DNA from: an uncultured Verrucomicrobiota bacterium
GTDB taxonomy: Bacteria; Verrucomicrobiota; Verrucomicrobiia; Limisphaerales; UBA9464
Direction of reading: 5' to 3'
DNA length: 64,000 bases
Assembly (NCBI GenBank): GCA_903880005.1
Contig: CAIRNV010000316.1
Location: 13,910 to 77,909, forward strand
Below are positions 36,875-46,322 of the stretch, one piece after another. Below the pieces are notes generated by a model. The model had not been told where the DNA came from, did not search any database, and saw nothing but the letters and a program-made list of their open reading frames with translations. The stretch's first letter is position 1. Each line of letters starts with the position of its first letter. The translations under genes and the position numbers were made by a program.

Positions 36875-38035
36875 ATGCCTGAATCCACCAAGAGCCCCCA
36901 GCACGGCGAGCCCAAGCGATCCCTCTGGCTCGCCAAGGACCGGCGCTCCGTCGTCGTCCTGGACCAAACACGGCTGCCGCACCGCGTGGCGACGGTCACC
37001 CTGCGCACGCTCCAGGACGCCGCGCGCGCGATCTCGGACATGATCGTCCGGGGCGCTCCCCTGATTGGCGTGACGGCCGCCTACGGCATGGCGTTGGCCA
37101 TGGCGGAGGATGCGTCGGATGCCTCCTTGGGCCGCGCGTACGACGTGCTCATCGCGACGCGTCCCACCGCCGTGAACCTGCGCTGGGCCCTCGACTTGAT
37201 GCGCGCGCACCTCGCGCCGTTGCCGTCGGCCGGACGCCGGGATGCCGCCTTCCTCATGGCGGCCGAGGTGGCCGAGGAGGATGTGGCTTGCAACCACGCC
37301 CTCGGACTTCACGGGCTCAATGTCCTCCAGCGCATCGCTCGCCGACGCAAGGGCGAGCCCTTGCGCGTCCTCACGCATTGCAACGCCGGTCGCCTCGCAA
37401 CCGTCGCCTGGGGCACGGCCACGGCGCCCATGTACCTCGCCCACGACCACGGCATCCCCATCCATGTCCTCGTGAGCGAGACCCGCCCGCGAAACCAAGG
37501 CGCCTCCCTCACCGCTTGGGAACTCCTCGACCACGGCATCCCCCACACGGTCGTCGCCGACAACTCCGCCGGGCACCTCCTCCAGCGCGGCCTCGTGGAC
37601 GTCGTCATCGTCGGGGCCGACCGGGTCACCCGTCGGGGCGACGTCGCGAACAAGGTGGGCACCTACCTCAAGGCCCTAGCCGCCCGGGCGCACGGGGTCC
37701 CGTTCCACGTCGCGTTGCCCACCTCCACGATCGACTGGACCCTCGAGGACGGCGTCCGCGGCATCCCCATCGAGCAACGCTCCCAACGCGAGGTCACCCA
37801 CGTGGCGGGGACGGACGCCCGGGGGCGTGTCGTCGAGGTCCGCCTGACGCCCGAGGGCTCGCCCGCGCGCAACGACGCCTTCGACGTCACGCCCTTCGGG
37901 CTCGTCACCGGCTTCATCACCGAGCGCGGGCTGTGCCCCGCAACCCGGGAGGGGCTCCGGCGGCTGCAACCCCGGGGAGGCTCGGCAGGCTTGGCTCGCG
38001 CCGCCCGACCCCGGAAGCTCCCGGCCACGAAGTGA
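36875..38035 (+). CDS. mtnA: S-methyl-5-thioribose-1-phosphate isomerase
   Basis: 386 aa from ATG 36875. VVVLDQTRLPHRV, MIVRGAPLIGVTAAYGMALAM, TRPTAVNLRWAL, THCNAGRLATVAWGTA, ETRPRNQGA and GADRVTRRGDVANKVGTY are present. Only the last 386 codons of the 1463-aa track ORF are real. Confidence 0.85.
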   Translation: MPESTKSPQHGEPKRSLWLAKDRRSVVVLDQTRLPHRVATVTLRTLQDAARAISDMIVRGAPLIGVTAAYGMALAMAEDASDASLGRAYDVLIATRPTAVNLRWALDLMRAHLAPLPSAGRRDAAFLMAAEVAEEDVACNHALGLHGLNVLQRIARRRKGEPLRVLTHCNAGRLATVAWGTATAPMYLAHDHGIPIHVLVSETRPRNQGASLTAWELLDHGIPHTVVADNSAGHLLQRGLVDVVIVGADRVTRRGDVANKVGTYLKALAARAHGVPFHVALPTSTIDWTLEDGVRGIPIEQRSQREVTHVAGTDARGRVVEVRLTPEGSPARNDAFDVTPFGLVTGFITERGLCPATREGLRRLQPRGGSAGLARAARPRKLPATK

Positions 38036-39117
38036 GGACGCTCCACCTGCATTTGCTGCGCGAGACGTTGGCCACGCTCCTGGTCACCGTGGCGGTGTTC
38101 ACGTTCGTGCTTCTCCTGGGGAACATCCTCAAGGACGTCCTCGACCTCCTGGCCAGCGGTCGTGCCTCCCTCGCGTTGGTCGCGCGCTCCATCCTGCTCC
38201 TCATCCCCTTCGCCCTGGCCTTCGCGCTGCCCATCGGGATGCTCACCGCCGCCTTGCTCGTGTTCGGGAGGCTCAGCGCCGACGGCGAGGTGACCGCCCT
38301 GCGGGCCGGGGGCATCAGCCTCGTCGCGTCCGTCGCGCCCGTCGTCGGGCTCAGCATCCTGTTGTCCGGCCTGTGCGCGTGGTTCAACTGCCAGGTCGCC
38401 CCCGCCAGCCGCGTCGCCTTCAAGCAGGTCCAGCACGACATCCTGCGCGCCAAGGGCTTCTCCTCCCTCATCGCCGGCCGCTACTTGGACTTCGGCTCCC
38501 TCACCCTCTACGCCCGCGCCGCGTCGGGAACCAACCTGACCGACATCCTTGTGTATCAGGTGAGCGAGGGCCGTCGCTCCCTCGACCTCTGGGCCCCCGA
38601 GGGGGCGTTCTCCCTCGACACCAACGGATGGCCCGACGCCCTCGTGCTGCGCAACGCCCAGGGCATCGTCTCCCTCAACACCCTCCAGGTCCCCGGCTTC
38701 CTCTCCGAATGGACCACCAACCTCTCCAGCCTGCGCCCCGATGCCCTCGTCAAGCCCAAGCCCTCCGAGATGACCTACCGGCAGCTCCGCGAGGAACTCG
38801 CGCGCCGACGCGACTCCGGCGACGCGCTCTCGCCCATCCGCGTCCAAATCCATCGCCAGCTCTCCTTCTCCTTTGCGTGCATCGGCTTCACCCTTGTGGG
38901 CATCCCGCTTGGGCTCCGCGCGCACCGACGCGAGACCAACGTCGGCGTCGCGCTCGCGCTCCTGCTCCTGACGGCCTACTACGCCTTCATCATCCTCGGC
39001 CAATCCCTCGAGACCCGCGCGGACCTGCATCCGCACCTGATCCTGTGGATTCCCAATTTCCTGTTCCAAGCCGTGGGCGCGTGGCTCCTGGTTCGCGCCG
39101 ACGGCCCGCCCCGGTAA
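38032..39117 (+). CDS. LptF/LptG (YjgP/YjgQ) family permease
   Basis: 361 aa. GTG 38032 overlaps the mtnA stop (GTGA). N-terminus LHLHLLRETLATLLVTVAVFTFVLLLGNILKDV, then RLSADGEVTALRAGGISL; six hydrophobic helices around a periplasmic middle domain. Confidence 0.75.
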   Translation: MRTLHLHLLRETLATLLVTVAVFTFVLLLGNILKDVLDLLASGRASLALVARSILLLIPFALAFALPIGMLTAALLVFGRLSADGEVTALRAGGISLVASVAPVVGLSILLSGLCAWFNCQVAPASRVAFKQVQHDILRAKGFSSLIAGRYLDFGSLTLYARAASGTNLTDILVYQVSEGRRSLDLWAPEGAFSLDTNGWPDALVLRNAQGIVSLNTLQVPGFLSEWTTNLSSLRPDALVKPKPSEMTYRQLREELARRRDSGDALSPIRVQIHRQLSFSFACIGFTLVGIPLGLRAHRRETNVGVALALLLLTAYYAFIILGQSLETRADLHPHLILWIPNFLFQAVGAWLLVRADGPPR

Positions 39118-39256
39118 GCCAGACCGAGGCCGGCGGCCGGGCATGCGACCGCCCCACCTTTCCCGTCGGATCCCCCGGGCACCGCAACGCCCGGCAGGCT
39201 GCCTTTGCGAATCCATTCTTGACCCTGGCCTTGGCAACAATGCATCCAATGGCTTC

Positions 39257-39664
39257 GTGGTGTCTCGGTGGACGCATGCGTGCTTGGTGGGGTGGCTGAC
39301 GGCCAGCATTGGCCTTCATCTCGCCATCCTCCAGACCGTGGCGTGGTCCCTCATGTTCGCGGGGTTCATTCGCTCCGGCGACGCCGTCCAGGTCGCGGTG
39401 GGCAAGACCTTCGACGGCCAACATCCGTGCCGCCTGTGCGCGTGGGTTCGCTCCAAGGCGGCCGATTCCACCAACGATGCGGCTCCCTCCCACGCACAGC
39501 CCAACCTGCCCAAGCTGGAACTCGCGGGCCCGTCCGACGCCATCACTTGGACGCCGCCCTTGCTGACCCCGGCTCGGGCCGCCTCCGTCCTCGCGTTCGC
39601 TCCGTCCCGGTCCCTCGCGCCACCGGTCCCGCCGCCTCGCGGACCCCGGCCCTGCGTCGGCTAA
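39257..39664 (+). CDS. Small membrane protein with LQTVAW...HPCRLC motif, unknown function (start uncertain)
   Basis: High-GC3 frame. TM segment ACLVGWLTASIGLHLAILQTVAWSLMFAGF, then TFDGQHPCRLCAWV and a Pro-rich tail. No in-frame ATG lies near the TM segment, so GTG 39257 or 39260 is assumed; ATG 39143 gives an implausible extension. Confidence 0.45.
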   Translation: MVSRWTHACLVGWLTASIGLHLAILQTVAWSLMFAGFIRSGDAVQVAVGKTFDGQHPCRLCAWVRSKAADSTNDAAPSHAQPNLPKLELAGPSDAITWTPPLLTPARAASVLAFAPSRSLAPPVPPPRGPRPCVG

Positions 39665-39931
39665 CCCCGCGCAGAACCGACCCCTGCCGCACGACGGGCC
39701 AACGGCGCCCAGGAACGTGCGGCCGATCCTTCCTCGCCGAATCGCACTCGCGGGGAGGGTATCCGTGGCCTGCCGGGTCGCCCATGCCCGGGTATCAGGC
39801 CGCCTTCATCCTCACGGCCCGCCGTCGATATGCGGCAGGTGCCTTGTCATGGGCATCCAACGCCCATCCCTGCGCGATGCGTGTGCATCGCGACCCGGGA
39901 GGGCATCCATCCTGTTTGATCGGTTCGTATC

Positions 39932-40741
39932 ATGAAGACTTCACACATCCATGCGCTCGCCCTGTCGGCGGCGCTCGCGGTCATCGCCCCGGCGGCGCTG
40001 GCTCACATCGGGTACACCGGACGCAACCTTGGCTCCTTCACGGGGCTGGATGCCGCCTCCATCTCCATCACCAACCAGGCCGTCACCGGAAACTTTGGCT
40101 GGGCGGACGCCGCCGACGCCACCTTGGGCGACAGCCACAAGGGTCGGGCATTCCGGTTCAGCCTCGCGGGTGATGCGTGGATCTCGCTCACCGTTCAGGC
40201 CAACCCGGGGGCCACCGCCACGTCCGTGGGAGGCCTCCTGCCGGGCGCGTCCGTTTACTCCGGCTTGGCCGGCATCGCGCCGTTTGCCCCGACGCAGACG
40301 ACGCTGGCCCCGAGCGCCGACCACGACGACTCCGAGGCCTCGTTGGCATGGCGGACGGCCTACGCCCAAGCCCAACTGGGGGCCAACCTGGACTGGAACG
40401 CCACCGACGGGAGCTGGAACGCCCGGGGCAACTGGCGCATCGGCGGCGATGGCGACCTCCCCGGGGACTTCTCGCAACTCAGTTCCTTCCAGTATCGAGG
40501 TTCCGCCACCGACGAAGACCGCGATGGCCTCGTCCAATGGCAAGGGGCGTTGGGGGCCGGCGACTACACCGTCTTCATCGGCGGCGTGGACATGTCCAAC
40601 AAGACGTCCGTCGATGCCGGCAAGGCGTACGGGATGTCCGTCACGCTGAATGTCCGGCCCGTGCCCGAGCCCTCCACCTGGGCGATGGGAGCCTTGGGTT
40701 GCCTGGTGCTGGCGCTGGGCTGGAATCGTCGCCGCAAGTAG
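39932..40741 (+). CDS. PEP-CTERM-anchored secreted protein, unknown function
   Basis: 269 aa. Signal peptide MKTSHIHALALSAALAVIAPAALA. C-terminal PEP-CTERM sorting signal VPEPSTWAMGALGCLVLALGWNRRRK. Confidence 0.75.
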   Translation: MKTSHIHALALSAALAVIAPAALAHIGYTGRNLGSFTGLDAASISITNQAVTGNFGWADAADATLGDSHKGRAFRFSLAGDAWISLTVQANPGATATSVGGLLPGASVYSGLAGIAPFAPTQTTLAPSADHDDSEASLAWRTAYAQAQLGANLDWNATDGSWNARGNWRIGGDGDLPGDFSQLSSFQYRGSATDEDRDGLVQWQGALGAGDYTVFIGGVDMSNKTSVDAGKAYGMSVTLNVRPVPEPSTWAMGALGCLVLALGWNRRRK

Positions 40742-40771
40742 CCCCCCGAACACCCAACCCACACGCGGCCC

Positions 40772-41476
40772 ATGCCGGTCCTCGCATCCCCCAAGTCCGT
40801 GCACGGGCCGTCCCGGCCCCCTGGCGGCCATCGTCGTCAGGGGGCCTTCACCCTCATCGAGCTGCTGGTCGTCATCGCCATCATCGCCGTGCTCGCCGGC
40901 ATGCTCCTCCCCGCGCTTTCGCAGGCACGCTCACGCGCCCTCTCCGTCCGTTGCATCTCGCAATTGCGGCAGCTTGGCATCGGGTGCGCGCTGTACTCGG
41001 ACGAGAACAACGACCGCCTGCCGCAGTCCGCGCATCAAGGCTCGTCGTGGATCGGACGCCTCGCCCGATACGGGCTCACCAACGTCTATCGGTGCCCGTC
41101 CGACCCCCACCGGACCCGCCTCACGAGCTACGCCATCAACGACTTCCTCACGCCCTCGCCCTACGGCGAGCGTTGGGCCGACTTCTCGCGCCTCACGTCC
41201 ATTCCCGCGCCGGCGGAGACCCTCCATCTCGCCGAGGCCGCCCCCGAGTTCGAGGGGTCCGATCACTTTCACTTCGCGGACGCCGCCAGCGGGGGCTTCG
41301 GCACCAACTCGTTCTCCGGCCAGGTCGCCGTCGAACGACATCGCGGCTCCGCCAACTACCTCTTTGCAGACGCGCACGCGCAGGGCTTCCCGTGGGCCAC
41401 CCTGCGTGTCCAGCTCGGACGCGAGGGGTCGCGGCTCGTGCGACCGGACGGACGAAGGGCCGTTGACCCTCCTTGA
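40772..41476 (+). CDS. Prepilin-type N-terminal cleavage/methylation domain protein (H-X9-DG-like pseudopilin)
   Basis: 234 aa. [26 protein letters not shown] follows a 24-aa leader. C-terminal [13 protein letters not shown] resembles the H-X9-DG block, here with DA. Confidence 0.8.
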   Translation: MPVLASPKSVHGPSRPPGGHRRQGAFTLIELLVVIAIIAVLAGMLLPALSQARSRALSVRCISQLRQLGIGCALYSDENNDRLPQSAHQGSSWIGRLARYGLTNVYRCPSDPHRTRLTSYAINDFLTPSPYGERWADFSRLTSIPAPAETLHLAEAAPEFEGSDHFHFADAASGGFGTNSFSGQVAVERHRGSANYLFADAHAQGFPWATLRVQLGREGSRLVRPDGRRAVDPP

Positions 41477-41544
41477 CGGAGCGAAGCATGCTCGTGCGTG
41501 GCGATGGTTGCGACGGCCTCGGTTTCCACGAAGGACAATCCCCC

Positions 41545-42396
41545 ATGAATCTGCTGCCCCCTCGAATGCCGATGCCGCTCTGGATGCTGCAAGTGTTGGT
41601 TCTCTGGACGCCGATGGCGCTGCTGGCCCAGCACTTGCACCTCAACGTGGGTGCGTCACGTCCCTGGCCGGACACCGGGTTGAGCTTCATCAATGGAACC
41701 AGCTTCAGCACCAACTCGGGGTGGTTCCTGCCCATGCCCAAGCAGACCAACGGCCTGCACCAGGGGCTGTACACCGCGAGTTCGCTCACCCTCACGGTGC
41801 TGCCAGCGTTGCCCGAGAATGGGGGGCCGTCGTCATGGCGTCCCGCGTTGGGCGCCTTGATCATGGCCGAGATCGTTTCCCTGCAAGGGCCTGCGGGCGG
41901 CGAGATCGCCTTCTGGGATTCGGACGGCGTCGCCGAGGCCGATGTCCCGACCTTTCGCATCCCCGTGGGCACCACCAACGGCACGTGGCGCTTCCGGCTC
42001 AGCGAGGGCGATGGCTCGCCTCAATCCGACCCCTACGGCCACATCCACGGCCGCCATTTCACCACCACCCAACCGGGCCTTTATACCCTGGGTATCCGGG
42101 CCGTGGACGTGAGCACGTCCGGCCCCGGCGGAGGCCCCTTTCACTACCCTTCACCCGAATTGAAGTTCTACCTCCAAGCCGAGGCCACCATCACCTATGT
42201 CAACGCCCCGTCCCGTCCGTCCATCCGCCTCGCCATGGAAAAGGGAAAACGATACTCCCTGCTGACCTCCACGGGCGTCGGGCCAGACGGGTGGAGGTTT
42301 ATATCGGGTCCATTCATGGGAAACGGGACGGTCGTGGACTTGCCGGTCGCCTACCCCACCGACCCCGCCCGCTTCTACATTGTGCTGGTCGAATAG
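41545..42396 (+). CDS. Secreted protein, unknown function (possible choice-of-anchor-M / TIGR03769-like domain)
   Basis: 283 aa from ATG 41545, with aagga 10 nt upstream. Signal peptide MNLLPPRMPMPLWMLQVLVLWTPMALLA. SLQGPAGGEIAFWDSD and YGHIHGRHFTTTQPGLYTLGIRAVD recall the surface-anchored domain pattern. That resemblance is from memory only. Confidence 0.5.
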   Translation: MNLLPPRMPMPLWMLQVLVLWTPMALLAQHLHLNVGASRPWPDTGLSFINGTSFSTNSGWFLPMPKQTNGLHQGLYTASSLTLTVLPALPENGGPSSWRPALGALIMAEIVSLQGPAGGEIAFWDSDGVAEADVPTFRIPVGTTNGTWRFRLSEGDGSPQSDPYGHIHGRHFTTTQPGLYTLGIRAVDVSTSGPGGGPFHYPSPELKFYLQAEATITYVNAPSRPSIRLAMEKGKRYSLLTSTGVGPDGWRFISGPFMGNGTVVDLPVAYPTDPARFYIVLVE

Positions 42397-42472
42397 TCCG
42401 AGGCTTCCCAGGGCGGGTTGCGAGCCGACGGGAACCTTGACCATTCCAGCCCCCGCTGTTAGGCCGGGTCGC

Positions 42473-44710
42473 GTGAGCGCGCTTCATCGTCGCCTGGGAG
42501 GCTTGAGCATCGGGACGGCCCTGCTCGTGGCCGGATGCAAGCCGTCCGGGCAGGAGTCGTTGCTGCGCGGGGATGCCGCGTTGAACGCTGGGCAGCCCGT
42601 CGAGGCGATTCAATGGCTGGAACGGGCGGCCGAGCTGCTGCCTTCCGACGCCGAGGTGTGGAACCGGCTGGGGTTGGCCTACCACCAAGCCGGGCGCCTC
42701 GACGAGGCCAGCAAGGCCTATGGGCGCTCGCTGCACTTCAACCGGGACCTCTTCGACGTCCACTTCAACCTGGGCGAGCTCCTCCTCGAGCAAGGCCGCC
42801 ACCGGGAGGCCGACGCGTCGTTCCGCACCTACCTCAATGCCTCGGCCGACCATTCCCGCAACGCCGCCGCATGGCGCGGGCTCGGCCTGGCGCTTCAAGG
42901 CCAACGGCAACATCCCACCGCCGAGGCCGCCCTCGCCAACGCCGTCCGGCTGGATCCCTCCGACGCCCTCGCATGGAACGCCCTCGGCGTGTCCAAGGTC
43001 CAACTCCGCAAGCCCCGCGACGCCCAGGCCGCGTTCCAAAAGGCCGCCCAGCTCGACCCCCAGCTCGCCACCGCCCGACTCAACCTCGCCATCGTCCTCC
43101 AGCAATACCTCGCCAACCCCAGGGAGGCCCTCGCCCAATACCAGGCGTTCCTCCAGTTGCAGGGCGACGGACCCGAGGCCGATTCCGCGCGCGTCGCCGT
43201 CCGCGATCTGTCCATCCGCCTGGGCCTTGCACCCGCCACCAACGCCAGTCCAGCCACCGCCCGACGCCCCGCAACCAACGCACCCGCTGCGACGGGGCCG
43301 GCATCAGCAGCAGCGTCAGGGGCAGTGCCCGCGTTGGGAGCCACGGCGGGGGCGGGATCGGCGACAGGGGGGACCGTGCCCGCCGCCATCAACGCCGGCC
43401 CGGCCATTCCATCGCGCCCGACGAATGGCGTGATCGTCGCCGCCCGGCCTTTCGTCCCGGCCCCGCCCAAGTCGCCGGCCACCAACGCCGCCCTCGTTTC
43501 CACCACGAGCCAGCCCCCCAAGGCCGCGCCACCTACCGACGTCGCGTCCCAACCCACGCCCCCCGCAGTCCAGCCCCCCGCGCAGCCCAAGGCGACCGAC
43601 GACGGGACGGGCGCACTCCCGGCCGTCAGCCCTCCCGCCGTTCCCACGCCTCCGCCCGTCACGATTCCCCCCCCGCCTCCCGCGCCGGTTGCCGCAAAGC
43701 CACCGGCGGTTGCCGCGCCGGTTCCGCCTCCTGCGACGCCGCTCGAAATCGTGACGGTCCGCGACGAGCCGCCACCCCGTCCTGCCGTCGATCCACCGGC
43801 CAATGCGGCCGAGGTCGTCGCCGCGCTGCCCACCGTGCAGGCCCTGGCCTCCAAGCCCATCGAAGACCAAGGAAAAGATCCGGGCGAGGCGACGGACCCG
43901 GGGTCCGATGACGCCATGGACGATGCCCAGGCCCCGGAGGCCGGTGGGTCGCGACGGACCGTTTGGCAGCGCATGAACCCGACGTCCTGGGGCAACCCGG
44001 TGCGTTGGTTCCGGAAGGAGCCCGCCGCACCCGGGGCGTCGGTGCCCAAGCCGCGGCCCAGCCGGGAACCAGCCCGCGCAACAACGCCCCCGGCGGCCCC
44101 CGCCAAGCCCGCAGGAACCATCGCCGCGAAGCCCCGCACGGCGGCCCCGTTGGTGACGCCGCTGGACGTCGATCCCGAGCCCCGCCCGACGTTCACGCGC
44201 TACCGACGGACGATCCAAGGGCCCCCGACGCCGGGCAATGCGACGGCCGCCCAGGCGGAGTTCCTACGCGGGACCGAAGCCCACGGCCGGGGCGAGGCAG
44301 CCTTGGCCATGGGCGCCTATCGGAAGGCGATCACGATCGACCCGGCGCATTTTGCCTCGCATTACAACCTGTCCTTGCTCGCGTTGCAGCAAGGGGACCT
44401 CGGCGAGGCCCTGAGGTCGGCCGAGCTTGCCGTGGCCATCGATCCCGCTTCGCACGTGGCGCGCTACAACTTCGCCGTCGCGCTCCAGCGATCGCGTCAT
44501 GCGATCGACGCCGCCGAGGAGCTCGAGCGGATCACCCGCGACCAGCCTTCGGAGGCGAACGCGCACCTGGCCTTGGCGAGCCTCTGCGACCTGGACCTCC
44601 GCGACGTGCCCCGGGCGAGGGCCCACTACCAGAAAGTCCTCGCCGTGCAGCCGAGACATCCGAAGGCTGACTTCATCCGGTCGTGGCTCGAACGCCATCC
44701 CGGGCCCTAG
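42473..44710 (+). CDS. TPR-repeat lipoprotein with long Pro/Ala-rich linker
   Basis: 745 aa from GTG 42473. Lipobox LLVAGC. N-terminal TPRs (AWNRLGLAYHQAGRLDEA...), a ~340-aa P/A/T-rich low-complexity middle, and C-terminal TPRs (ALAMGAYRKAITIDPAHFASHYNL...). Confidence 0.7.
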   Translation: MSALHRRLGGLSIGTALLVAGCKPSGQESLLRGDAALNAGQPVEAIQWLERAAELLPSDAEVWNRLGLAYHQAGRLDEASKAYGRSLHFNRDLFDVHFNLGELLLEQGRHREADASFRTYLNASADHSRNAAAWRGLGLALQGQRQHPTAEAALANAVRLDPSDALAWNALGVSKVQLRKPRDAQAAFQKAAQLDPQLATARLNLAIVLQQYLANPREALAQYQAFLQLQGDGPEADSARVAVRDLSIRLGLAPATNASPATARRPATNAPAATGPASAAASGAVPALGATAGAGSATGGTVPAAINAGPAIPSRPTNGVIVAARPFVPAPPKSPATNAALVSTTSQPPKAAPPTDVASQPTPPAVQPPAQPKATDDGTGALPAVSPPAVPTPPPVTIPPPPPAPVAAKPPAVAAPVPPPATPLEIVTVRDEPPPRPAVDPPANAAEVVAALPTVQALASKPIEDQGKDPGEATDPGSDDAMDDAQAPEAGGSRRTVWQRMNPTSWGNPVRWFRKEPAAPGASVPKPRPSREPARATTPPAAPAKPAGTIAAKPRTAAPLVTPLDVDPEPRPTFTRYRRTIQGPPTPGNATAAQAEFLRGTEAHGRGEAALAMGAYRKAITIDPAHFASHYNLSLLALQQGDLGEALRSAELAVAIDPASHVARYNFAVALQRSRHAIDAAEELERITRDQPSEANAHLALASLCDLDLRDVPRARAHYQKVLAVQPRHPKADFIRSWLERHPGP

Positions 44711-44727
44711 GTCCCAATTCTTGTTAG

Positions 44728-44885
44728 GAACCGTTGCGATGGAAGGGACGTGCTGGATCCGCGGAATCCTTTGCTGGCCTTGGAGCAGGCGAGCGGGCCT
44801 GTGCATGCGGGCCGGCCTGCGGCGGACGAAGCTTTTGCGACGGCAGCGCCCGCACGCACGACCGACACCCCGGAATCGTTCTGGC
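44728..44885 (+). repeat. Palindromic intergenic element family A, diverged copy A4
   Basis: gacgaagcttttgcgacggcagcgcccgcacgcacgaccgacaccccggaatcgttctggc aligns with the right arm of the other copies. The left arm (gcgatggaagggacgtgctgg...gagcaggcgagcgggcc) matches only weakly. Confidence 0.4.
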
Positions 44886-44923
44886 TTCGTCGCATCCGAT
44901 AGATTCCCCTGATCCACGTTCGC

Positions 44924-45748
44924 ATGAACCTCGAAGACTCCATTGGTGACATCCTGCGGAAGGCGCGCACCTCCAACCAAACCGCGGCCGAGTCCGCCGC
45001 CCACGCGGCGGGCATCTCGCTGGCCGAATACCAGGCGTTCGAGAACGGCGGGAAGGCACCCGCGCAACTCAAGTGGGCGGACTTGGGACGCCACCTGCGG
45101 ATCAACGGCCTGCGGCTGCAACGCCAGCACGAGGGCTGGAGGCCCGCCCCGGCGGACCTGGATCGCTGGCGCGAAATCCGCGTCGTCACCACCCAGGGCG
45201 ACGACATGTCGGTCAATGCGTTCCTCATTTGGGACGAGGTCACCCGGGACGCCGCCGTGTTCGACACCGGCTTCGACCCGGCCCCCATCCTGGCCTTGAT
45301 CCGGGACAACCAGCTCACCCTCCGCCACATCTTCATCACCCACGCCCACGGGGATCACGTGGCGGGCCTCGCGGGCCTCCGCGACCAGCATCCGCGCGCG
45401 CGCCTGCACTCCAGCTCCCGGAACGCCCCCGTGGACCAGCGCAACCGCGCCAACGAATGCGTCCAGCTTGGCAGCCTTCGCATCTCGCATCGAGAGACCC
45501 CCGGCCACGCCGAGGACGGCGTCACCTACGTCGTCGGCAACTGGCCCGAGGACGCCCCGCACGTCGCCATCGTGGGGGATGCCCTGTTCGCGGGATCCAT
45601 GGGCGGGGCGCGCGAGCACCTCGACCTCGCGCGGCAACGCATCCGCGAGCAAGTGTTCACCTTGCCGCCCGACACGTTGGTGTGCCCGGGCCATGGACCC
45701 GTCAGCACCGTGGGCGAGGAAACCGCCCACAACCCCTGGTTTGATTGA
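44924..45748 (+). CDS. MBL-fold metallo-hydrolase with N-terminal XRE-type HTH domain
   Basis: 274 aa. The first ~60 aa look like an HTH (DILRKARTSNQTAAESAAHAAGISLAEYQAFENGGKAP). The rest is glyoxalase-II-like, with ITHAHGDHVAGL, ETPGH and GDALFAGSMG. Confidence 0.8.
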   Translation: MNLEDSIGDILRKARTSNQTAAESAAHAAGISLAEYQAFENGGKAPAQLKWADLGRHLRINGLRLQRQHEGWRPAPADLDRWREIRVVTTQGDDMSVNAFLIWDEVTRDAAVFDTGFDPAPILALIRDNQLTLRHIFITHAHGDHVAGLAGLRDQHPRARLHSSSRNAPVDQRNRANECVQLGSLRISHRETPGHAEDGVTYVVGNWPEDAPHVAIVGDALFAGSMGGAREHLDLARQRIREQVFTLPPDTLVCPGHGPVSTVGEETAHNPWFD

Positions 45749-45803
45749 ACCTCCACGCGCGATTCAGACCCTGCCCTTCAACGGAGCATTCCCCTACCCC
45801 ATC

Positions 45804-46322
45804 ATGAATGCTCAATCTCTCCTCCTGCTGTGTGCGGTCGCCGCCCAGGCCGCCGCCCAGCAGCCCATCAAGGCCCCGGCCCAAGGCGCGCCGCCCTCGG
45901 GTGATCCGCCCGCCCTCCGCCTCGCGCCGCCCTTGGCCGCGGCACCGCAACCTGGGCCGGTGACCTCGGCCGTCCCCGTCGGCGTCTCGCGGCCGTTCAC
46001 GTCGCCGGCGCTTCGCCTCAACAACGCCAACCGCGACGCCTTGGACGAACCCCTGCGCGGCCGCCCGTTGCCCCGGCAACCCGATCCATCGGGAGCCCTG
46101 CTGCGGTCGCTCGGCGGGGACGGGTCCTGGCGCGGCTTCGTCGAGGCCTTCAACCCCCTCGCGCCGATCCCGCCCGAGATGCGAAAGGTGCGCTACGTCC
46201 ACGAGATGAACCGTCCCGTGGACCATGGCTATCCACGCTCCCTGCGCGACCCGCTCACGCCGGGCGTCCCGCGGGCCTTCCAGGATCCCATCACCCACGA
46301 GCCCTCCCTGCGGCTGTGGTAG
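45804..46322 (+). CDS. Small Pro-rich secreted protein, unknown function
   Basis: 172 aa from ATG 45804. Signal peptide MNAQSLLLLCAVAAQAAA. High GC3 throughout. No motif recognised. Confidence 0.5.
   Translation: MNAQSLLLLCAVAAQAAAQQPIKAPAQGAPPSGDPPALRLAPPLAAAPQPGPVTSAVPVGVSRPFTSPALRLNNANRDALDEPLRGRPLPRQPDPSGALLRSLGGDGSWRGFVEAFNPLAPIPPEMRKVRYVHEMNRPVDHGYPRSLRDPLTPGVPRAFQDPITHEPSLRLW

Noticed and set aside
29449-39309. Long - strand ORFs 29449-31446, 31097-32947, 33448-35469, 35193-36971 and 37663-39309
   Set aside because: They are antisense to well-supported + strand genes (UbiD-family, hemB, HIT, PSCyt, DUF1501, mtnA, lptF/G-like). They are low-complexity Gly/Arg/Glu/Val translations.
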